From Antedon mediterranea (Eukaryota > Animalia > Echinodermata): a DNA stretch of 64,000 nt. Location: NCBI RefSeq assembly GCF_964355755.1, contig NC_092672.1, forward strand, positions 26,356,437 to 26,420,436, given 5' to 3'. Below are positions 62,301 through 64,000 of this stretch, piece after piece. The notes beneath the pieces are model-generated. The model did no database searches and was not told the DNA's origin. It saw only the letters and a program-made list of their open reading frames with translations. Numbering within the stretch: position 1 is the first letter of the stretch; every line of letters starts with the position of its first letter. The position numbers were made by a program, and so were the translations under genes.

Positions 62301-63970
62301 ATTATCACGCTATATATTAATGTAATCGTTTTGTAATATTAACCAACACTGTGCAATCTAAACCATTAATAAATAGTTTATCTCTGGGACATAAAAAAGC
62401 ATGACATTTTGTCTGGAGAATGACAACAAAGTAACATTTATTTACCATTGTTTTTTGGAAATCGAACAATAACCACCAGGACAATATACCCACCCATTAT
62501 GGACTGTACCATTGTTAAAGTATATTCATTTTTTTTTTTTTTCTTTTAGTGGATGAACGTCTGGATTTGAATGTAACCAGTGCTTTGATAGACCTGATAC
62601 AAATTACCAAAGAAAACTGGACAGAAGACTACTACAAAATGGCTTCTACAACCAAAGAAAAGTAAATGCTTAATGCCTCCAGTCTTCGGATTATCGTGGG
62701 CATTTCCCAATATTTTGAGTGTGCCACTAAAAGTGCAATTTCTTCTTATTGTTTTGGATATACAAAAAACATCTAGGCCCCTTTTCAGATTTAAAGAAAG
62801 TAAAAAATGCATCACTCTTTACTGTTTTTCATACAATTAACTGGCACTGGCACTGTTTATAATTTTAAACAAAAGTATTTCTTAGGCATTTGTTTCACGA
62901 ATTAACAGCCTTCTATCAACTGCCAAGCCAAGCATTTTTTTATGATTTTTTACATGAAAATTTCACTGAAACACTCGTTTAGTAAAAAAAATGTCTACTT
63001 TAATAACAAAATTATTGTAGGCCTACGTGGCTTGGCTTGAACATACAGTACACTTTTGTAAAAGTGGCACAATTTACTAAAAAACACATTACAATACTAT
63101 TAGGGCGTGTGGCGCAGTGTGTTGGACATTGGACTACCGATCGTCAGACCTAGGTTCGAATCCAACTCTTGCCGCATTGCTTGTATCCGTAGGCAAGATA
63201 CTTTACTTACGTTTGCCTCTCTCCACCCAGGTGTATAAATGAGTACCCAGTTAGATCTAGACACAACTGCGCTGGTTACCGGCTGCATTATGGGAGTATG
63301 TTTCCATACGTGTTTGATCCCAAAAAATACTGGGGTAATAATCCTTTGAGCATTATTACTCATGAAAAGGGCGCTATATAAATGTGGTATTATTATTATT
63401 ATTAAATTTATAACAATTATAATTATACAAATGTAATAATAATGAGACAACCAAACAGTACCCTGCTCCAATGTACAGCCTCTACAAATCCCCATTGTCT
63501 TCAATCAACATAACATTAATGACATGTGAATTTAAATTAATACAAATAATATATAGTAATAATTTAAAAATTATATATAGCATGCCCTCTATTGTTTACC
63601 CTCGGTTTTTTTTTTCTGTTTACCCAACATTTCATTTTTTCAACTTAGGACCTCTGTGTACATCAGTTCACCAGCTGCATCTGGCATGCCCAATACTAAT
63701 AGATGCAGATGCCCTAGATTTTTCAAAAAGCATACTCTACGTTTGGATTTTTTAAATAAAAATATAACTCCCTCGGTGGCCACACTTATATAAAGTTTTT
63801 CGATATCGTTTGACCTTTGAAATAAAGACAATACAATACAAATTTTGATAAACTAAAATGTTATCTTTTCTTTTTAGCAAACGTCATCGAAAACCATTTG
63901 TACCGTTTGCTCTACGCAACAAGACTGGTTGTTTGCTTTGTTTTGCTACAATGACAACAACACCAACAAT
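20177..63970 (+). CDS. VPS13D: Vacuolar protein sorting-associated protein 13D, multi-exon, partial at both ends (31 exons in window)
   Basis: Exons join in frame at GT-AG sites. Peptides resemble VPS13D as I recall it: LEIVYN..ITDFF, WDVHLDISAPQIIIPD, KRPFDTSLSLTIHGLLLIDA, UBA LLELGFAYKDCMRALEESNNSIDEAANWLLENA, EYYNRSLSGWEPFLEPW, RKPFVPFALRNKTG..FATMTTTPT. Confidence 0.93.
20716..20805 (+). CDS. VPS13D: VPS13D exon
   Basis: cacag|GGT...TTA|gtaag; GEITRWDVHLDISAPQIIIPDSFYSKDATL. Confidence 0.88.
21290..21398 (+). CDS. VPS13D: VPS13D exon
   Basis: attag|GTT...GATG|gtgag; VVLDFGHLDLSS...DDEEEDED. Confidence 0.85.
21565..21879 (-). mobile_element. tRNA-derived SINE with a Deu/Nin-like central domain, near full length
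   Basis: Minus strand reads tRNA-like head (GAGTGGTCGAGCGGTTAAGAC...GGTTCGAGGCTC), then GGATAAG..CTATAAACCGTAGGTCC...TAAAGAACC...GAGTAGGGGGTTACCCCGGTGT, then an A-rich tail. A second copy is at 58662. Confidence 0.8.
22071..22221 (+). CDS. VPS13D: VPS13D exon
   Basis: tttag|GT...ATAG|gtatg; DLDEDFQTPP...RDRMYDR. Confidence 0.85.
22330..22520 (-). mobile_element. Degenerate tRNA-derived CORE-like SINE
   Basis: Minus strand reads GTGTGGCACAGT..GGACTTGCAAGCCAGAGGTTGTTAGTTCAAG...GTGTTGAGTCCTTAGAGCAAGATTCTTTA. Confidence 0.5.
22879..23101 (+). CDS. VPS13D: VPS13D exon
   Basis: tgtag|G...AAG|gtac; YNLNLSDLQIIIGR...HVVEKFSI..ERRL...DPQWP...HVNEKK-like. Confidence 0.88.
23593..23717 (+). CDS. VPS13D: VPS13D exon
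   Basis: attag|ATA...AAAG|gtagg; IQALANCFKLLAG. Confidence 0.8.
24011..24127. mobile_element. Small palindromic MITE-like element
   Basis: AAATAATGCACAAGTC (24011) / GACTTGTGCATTATTT (24112-24127), with inner GTTAGTGGA / TCCACTAAC. Confidence 0.55.
24371..24486 (+). CDS. VPS13D: VPS13D exon
   Basis: tacag|T...AGTG|gtaag; ESRLLLVHFSVDKMSLDIQSS. Confidence 0.85.
24560..24760 (+). mobile_element. Degenerate tRNA-derived SINE with a Meta-like core
   Basis: tRNA-like head with CCAGGTTCAATT B-box, then GTAAAT..GTACCTGG...AGGGAAGGTTAGGTGG..GGAAAGGAACTGGCCACC. Confidence 0.5.
24918..25002. mobile_element. Short Harbinger-like MITE; related partial copy at ~30045-30246
   Basis: TIRs AAAGCTCTGTCTACAC / GTGTAGACAGAGCTTT; GTAGACAGAGCTT recurs at ~30233. 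Confidence 0.65.
25053..25218 (+). CDS. VPS13D: VPS13D exon
   Basis: tgcag|GT...TCAG|gtaag; KRPFDTSLSLTIHGLLLIDALQQFGPDFELLLASHK. Confidence 0.9.
25604..25797 (+). CDS. VPS13D: VPS13D exon
   Basis: tttag|C...TTAG|gtacc; MDVPSGSIMDSTPNSP. Confidence 0.8.
25857..25897 (+). ncRNA. Minimal type-I hammerhead ribozyme motif (Penelope/retrozyme-like)
   Basis: GCA-CTGATGA-A-GGGC-tagtgtt-GCCC-GAAA-GC-TC-TGC: intact core, 4-bp stem II, palindromic AGCT stem III, short stem I. Confidence 0.7.
26402..26608 (+). CDS. VPS13D: VPS13D exon
   Basis: aacag|GT...ATTG|gtatg; EALITIELDLISPDCP...VQFNNLDVI. Confidence 0.85.
26712..26827 (+). CDS. VPS13D: VPS13D exon
   Basis: tctag|CT...ACAG|gtaag; ANQDTMIELLAFFKRAFP. 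Confidence 0.85.
26895..27405. mobile_element. ~510-bp MITE
   Basis: TIRs GGAGCGGATTGCTATAAA / TTTATAGCAATCCGCCCC, with internal GTCTTAA/TTAAGAC repeats. Confidence 0.65.
27582..27726 (+). CDS. VPS13D: VPS13D exon
   Basis: ttaag|ATG...TTTG|gtaag; TDVSADFNCLNVVLVR...KVATATI. Confidence 0.8.
28079..30012 (+). CDS. VPS13D: VPS13D large exon (1934 nt)
   Basis: tacag|GA...AGT|gtaag; covers ORF 28114-30030; EGSLGGMQLVDLT, LASLCYTHAPKFLNEL, LIGHLGNITIKN, ELQGDLTDGAQGLVSLSFQ. Confidence 0.9.
30471..30660 (+). CDS. VPS13D: VPS13D exon
   Basis: tatag|ATC...TCAG|gtatc; INRLIDVDFNALDTTINLQTLVVLLDFLGMG; phase fits the next exon. Confidence 0.85.
30716..31950. repeat. 72-76-bp minisatellite (about 15 copies) within a Tc1/pogo-like MITE
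   Basis: Unit CACTTCTATTAAGGGGACACTTTCCCATGAATT(G/C)AAGAGGAATGTTTAAACACTATAGACCATTCCTAT..GGAA. Flanked by TA|CAGTCGAACCC (30714) and GGGGTTCTAC (31941-31950). Confidence 0.85.
32356..32611 (+). CDS. VPS13D: VPS13D exon
   Basis: tttag|TG...TTAA|gtaaa; IQSLSLLLNKPSYELAKANVS...GSLGSMMLLDLTP. Confidence 0.88.
32762..32803 (-). ncRNA. Degenerate hammerhead-like motif (Penelope-type remnant)
   Basis: Minus strand reads CTGATGA-tACAACC-tggata-GGTCGT-GAAAC-GTC; stem I pairs poorly. Confidence 0.4.
33172..33352 (+). CDS. VPS13D: VPS13D exon
   Basis: tctag|G...CAA|gtaag; YGKPDPDLQRQFDISINLRMSSVCYIHTHRFQ. Confidence 0.88.
34117..35814 (-). CDS. TRIM56/TRIM2-3-like RING-Bbox-coiled-coil-NHL E3 ligase, copy 1 (full length, ~565 aa, single coding exon)
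   Basis: RING C3HC4 LECSIC...SLSCHHSFCLKCL...TCPTCR; B-box CPFH...YCTKC..PVCIEC...H; coiled coil; NHL repeats (PWGIHID, IYVTD, VLVADLGN, PHEIVVD). Start at MASKD follows the acceptor ttgcag|GATG. Confidence 0.9.
   Translation of the reverse strand: MASKDISLLGEIDEKVLECSICSGRLEDPKSLSCHHSFCLKCLDEWVQTNHGKLTCPTCRKSYPIPEGGPQKLAPNTLLNNLLETVKQHEINDKNECTALLCPFHTQPLQMYCTKCKEPVCIECTEAKHAAEDGKHELVNIVTAFKMFKESSEELKTAANESIHKMENVLKVVTENVSKLENSKRTSLAVIDNTVQEMVQTIHQKGDEMKKKVEEIYKNEMEGYDVQMEKIEKINSELNTNLNFLHKLLNSEPSNAMKSSKIVLNTLKDQTNKSEEIKRNDSKRQINFVRNKHLTDILKESNIGNITPLAIRLEENPCGIAKCDDDCLLVSFGTNEIHKYQQSGEYLNKIRLPRGVEVKRLYTMKNDHIAFCDNGNNNKCIQICDMNGHVIKFIGKGVLENPWGIHIDESANVIYVTDLVNIACVFVFDISSGKMLEKIKNQNKPTSQYLDVTLTRTGNVLVADLGNDQVLFYDNMNKKLKMFINKGDEDGNVRLPHEIVVDRYGNIIISSCGKLQLFSSDGYFIKRIDQGKNEIEFPNQLCIISYNPCMVAIATSFCKILILNV
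36157..36330. repeat. ~57-bp tandem repeat, 3 copies
   Basis: ACTGTTTATTTAGTAGGCATAGACCTATCAATTAAATAAC repeated. Confidence 0.85.
36384..36495 (-). promoter_or_regulatory. Conserved promoter/non-coding first-exon block of TRIM copy 1 (homologs at ~38889, ~45990, ~49290, ~52089)
   Basis: Minus strand reads TCATGTGA (E-box), AAAGGAAGTT (ETS core), AAAGTGGAAAAACC, then a short exon ending AAG|GTATTT. One copy lies upstream of each TRIM. Confidence 0.65.
37523..38524 (-). CDS. TRIM copy 2: RING, degenerate B-box, coiled coil (333 aa); NHL lost, with a remnant at ~37300-37400
   Basis: Same MASKD RING start. B-box ligands are altered (CPSYTE..IHKNNIQ). A decayed NHL piece GYVIKFIGKGVLINPSGIHI lies downstream of the stop codon. 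Confidence 0.75.
   Translation of the reverse strand: MASKDLSLLGNIDEKVLECSICNERLEDPKSLNCHHSFCLKCLEKWVNTNNGELTCPTCRESHTIPVGGLQKLAPNTLINNLIEIIQRHESTYCNKLFDMIDELETNPALSSDDECMDLSCPSYTEPLEMYCTKCKVPIHKNNIQMKCIMSWDDGKHELITIGNAFQIFKESSEELTKAANESIQKMENVLKVVAENVSKLEENVRKSLADIDNTVQQMVQTIQQKGDEMKKRVEEIYKNEKECYEVQIEKMLKNNSELNKNLNFLNELLKSEPSNAMKSSEFVLKSLQGKIDTFKEIEDSDSRRQINFIRNKLLPNILKKSNIGEITPIYIC
40594..42734. mobile_element. 2.1-kb non-autonomous DNA transposon with ~80-bp TIRs (ISL2EU/Harbinger-like ends) carrying a nested SINE
   Basis: AGATTGTAAAACCAATGACTTATTAGAGAGGTTTCGCAA..CGAATACGATAACGAAAA is mirrored at 42660-42734. Flanked by AT on both sides. No transposase ORF. Confidence 0.8.
41675..41997 (+). 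mobile_element. tRNA-derived CORE-like SINE with an L2/CR1-type tail
   Basis: A-box TGGCGCAGTG and B-box GGTTCGAATCC; GGCAAGATACTTTAC..TGCCTCTCTCCACCCAGGTGTATAAATGGGTACC; tail GTAAAGCGCC..GCGCTATATAAAT(TAT)n. A copy is at 63103. Confidence 0.85.
42905..44587 (-). CDS. TRIM copy 3: RING-Bbox-coiled-coil-NHL (560 aa, full length)
   Basis: Paralog of copy 1 with an intact ORF; B-box variant YFHKC; NHL repeats PFGIHID, PHEVLVDQDDNIII. Confidence 0.9.
   Translation of the reverse strand: MASKDLSLLGNIDEKVLECSICNGRLEDPKLLSCHHSFCLKCLEKWVDINNGKLTCPNCRKINSIPVGGLQKLSPNTLLNNLLEIMEQHEIDENEFTAVLCLSHTQPLQMYFHKCKEPVCIVCTQTKCTSWFEVHEQTDIVTAFKMFKESSEELKKAANESIHKMENVLKVVTENTNKLEETKKRSLADIDNTVQEMVQTIHQKGDEMKKEVENIYKNEKEGYDAQIEKMLKINSELNTNFTFLNHLLKSERLTVMKSGEIVLKKLRDQIDKFKEIEENDSTRQINFIGNKRLTDILKGNNIGNVTTTPLVIRIDRYPQGIAKFDDYILVSFGTNAIHEYRQSGEYVSKITLPEGVKVERMYKMKNDHIAFCDDGHSCIQVCDMNGHMIKSIGKGVLENPFGIHIDESANVIYVTDFNFACVFVFDISSGKLLKRIEDQNKLTSQYLNVTLTRTGNLLITDLGNDQLLLYDDRNRKLKVIIDKGDEDGKVRFPHEVLVDQDDNIIIASIGKLQLFGRDGHFIKRIDQGDFSDWSFIIPYDSCFAAIKIVDDNLIFYYLHY
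45100..45852. mobile_element. Foldback-type TIR element with TA target duplication, in the 5' intron of TRIM copy 3
   Basis: TA|TTATAGTC...GACTATAA|TA ends; ~210-bp internal inverted repeats (45160-45370 / 45602-45811). The paralogous intron of copy 4 (~48600) lacks it. Confidence 0.8.
46900..48528 (-). pseudogene. TRIM copy 4: frameshifted in the coiled coil, NHL decayed and interrupted by a MITE
   Basis: ORFs 47923-48528 and 47576-47959 are two frames of one gene. About 30 nt are deleted at ~48000 relative to copy 3. NHL remnants lie at 46900-47230, and an insertion ending CTGGCTACGGCCCTG at ~47255-47533. Confidence 0.85.
50398..51354 (-). CDS. TRIM copy 5: RING-Bbox-coiled coil (318 aa); NHL frameshifted and decayed (remnant 50090-50395)
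   Basis: Intact RBCC ORF with the frame lost right after NVTITPL; downstream NHL fragments are shared with copy 4. Confidence 0.75.
   Translation of the reverse strand: MASKDLIEYIDERLLECSICKGRLEDPKSLSCHHSFCLKCLKKWVDTNGKLTCPTCRKIDSFPIGGLQKLPPNTLLKNLLETIKQHEKKDDNECTALSLSTCPSHSQPLQMYCTKCKVPICIECTEMEHEAGNGKHELINIVTAFKMFKETSEELKKSANESIQKMENVLKVVSENTNKLEESIKTSLNVIDNTVQEMVQTIKKKRDEMTKKVIEIYTNEREGYNSPIRQIHEIKDKLTTNVDSLNELLNSEPSTAMKSSVLTTLRDQINKAKEIKQNDSVRQVNFIRNKHLTEIDIGNVTITPLANQNKWSFWNSKV
53702..53885 (+). CDS. VPS13D: VPS13D exon (after the 20.3-kb TRIM-containing intron)
   Basis: tgcag|GTC...GCCG|gtaag; LLMDISAGSPVILIP...LVANLGRITLKNQFLFAGDPGT. Confidence 0.88.
54499..54570 (+). tRNA. tRNA-like cloverleaf with anticodon ATC (Asp); probably a pseudogene or part of a mobile element
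   Basis: Acceptor GCCCCAG/TTGGGGC+G; D-arm GTCTAATGGTTAGGAC; anticodon arm TCTGC-ATATCAA-GCAGG; T-arm CCGAG-TTCGAGT-CTCGG; followed by TTTTT. Confidence 0.55.
54721..54923 (+). CDS. VPS13D: VPS13D exon
   Basis: aatag|GA...AAG|gtaaa; HICLLDCMNLSLEDMDLF. Confidence 0.85.
55586..55664 (+). CDS. VPS13D: VPS13D exon
   Basis: tatag|GGT...ACAG|gtttg; LLKQTCLLKLQVERNLD. Confidence 0.85.
55778..55932 (+). CDS. VPS13D: VPS13D exon
   Basis: tttag|TG...CAG|gtaaa; PDISISGVLSSVHCSIDTSQYHLIRGMLDHNLGE. Confidence 0.88.
56294..56519 (+). CDS. VPS13D: VPS13D exon
   Basis: ttcag|ACC...AGAG|gtaat; TVLSGQVWTSLSMHIDLMNVTLEL...DLVSH. Confidence 0.88.
56646..56876 (+). CDS. VPS13D: VPS13D exon
   Basis: cttag|GA...CCAC|gtaag; NVFHEILTP...LQMELHY...LLNNMRVMCILDIWL. 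Confidence 0.85.
57110..57327. repeat. 20-bp minisatellite, about 11 copies
   Basis: GGGTCTTCAGATTAATCC(C/A)(A/G) repeated. Confidence 0.9.
57416..57591 (+). CDS. VPS13D: VPS13D exon
   Basis: ttcag|CC...CAG|gtatg; ends SGIATKRVPPMHQ. Confidence 0.8.
58270..58368 (+). CDS. VPS13D: VPS13D exon
   Basis: tatag|AAT...AAG|gtaaa; FELRLNFTETEFVVVEDPS..DTDAIILK. Confidence 0.88.
58454..58649. mobile_element. ~200-bp MITE
   Basis: TCCACAGTCAATTAACCC / GGGTTAATTGACTGTGGA inverted repeats. Confidence 0.6.
58662..58900 (+). mobile_element. Second, 3'-truncated copy of the Deu/Nin-like SINE
   Basis: Near-identical reverse complement of 21640-21879. Confidence 0.8.
59440..59676 (+). CDS. VPS13D: VPS13D exon
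   Basis: cccag|GTT...GAG|gtaag; LEVFSCRMGSETNTALSIIDP. Confidence 0.88.
60398..60542 (+). CDS. VPS13D: VPS13D exon
   Basis: tatag|GTA...TTAG|gtatg; LTIRVSYHDVNLFQSLLKSL. Confidence 0.85.
61010..61191 (+). CDS. VPS13D: VPS13D exon encoding the UBA domain
   Basis: caaag|TA...GAG|gtccg; PKLLELGFAYKDCMRALEESNNSIDEAANWLLENA. Confidence 0.85.
61705..61904 (+). CDS. VPS13D: VPS13D exon
   Basis: cttag|GTA...GGAA|gtagg; ICLIDDCRDIDIPLMEL...EYYNRSLSGWEPFLEPW. Confidence 0.9.
62208..62278 (+). CDS. VPS13D: VPS13D exon
   Basis: tttag|G...AAAG|gtaat; CKGEWIYQQKR. Confidence 0.78.
62550..62661 (+). CDS. VPS13D: VPS13D exon
   Basis: tttag|TG...AAA|gtaaa; RLDLNVTSALIDLIQITKENWTEDYY. Confidence 0.85.
63103..63403 (+). 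mobile_element. Second copy of the same CORE-like SINE
   Basis: Near-identical to 41675-41997 apart from a small deletion in the tail. Confidence 0.85.
63878..63970 (+). CDS. VPS13D: VPS13D exon
   Basis: tttag|C...AAT|gtaag; KRHRKPFVPFALRNKTGCLLCFATMTTTPT. Confidence 0.88.
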
Positions 63971-64000
63971 GTAAGTTCATAGTCATAAATCAAGTAAGAT

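Overview
AT-rich animal genomic DNA, most likely a marine invertebrate deuterostome (echinoderm-like; this is an inference). The whole window lies inside one large + strand gene, VPS13D. Thirty-one GT-AG exons between 20177 and 63970 join in frame and include the VPS13D-diagnostic UBA domain; both gene ends lie outside the window. Positions <1 to ~20042 are a >20 kb Helentron/Helitron2-type rolling-circle transposon sitting in a VPS13D intron. It has an intact 3119-aa minus-strand ORF with this domain order: TM anchor, PHD, herpes-tegument-type cysteine protease, OTU, 18-aa basic repeats, HUH Rep, PIF1 helicase, AP endonuclease. It also carries a hairpin+CTAG terminus, a satellite with a 1170-bp higher-order repeat, a nested TIR element and a three-hairpin structure in its predicted 5' UTR. 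A second, 20.3-kb intron (33353-53701) holds a nested antisense tandem cluster of five TRIM56/TRIM2-3-like RING-Bbox-coiled-coil(-NHL) genes. Two are full length, two are intact but lack NHL, and one is a frameshifted chimera; each has a conserved upstream promoter/leader-exon block. The other introns contain tRNA-derived SINEs, MITEs, minisatellites, minimal hammerhead-ribozyme motifs and a tRNA-Asp(AUC)-like cloverleaf. All calls are by eye and no searches were run.
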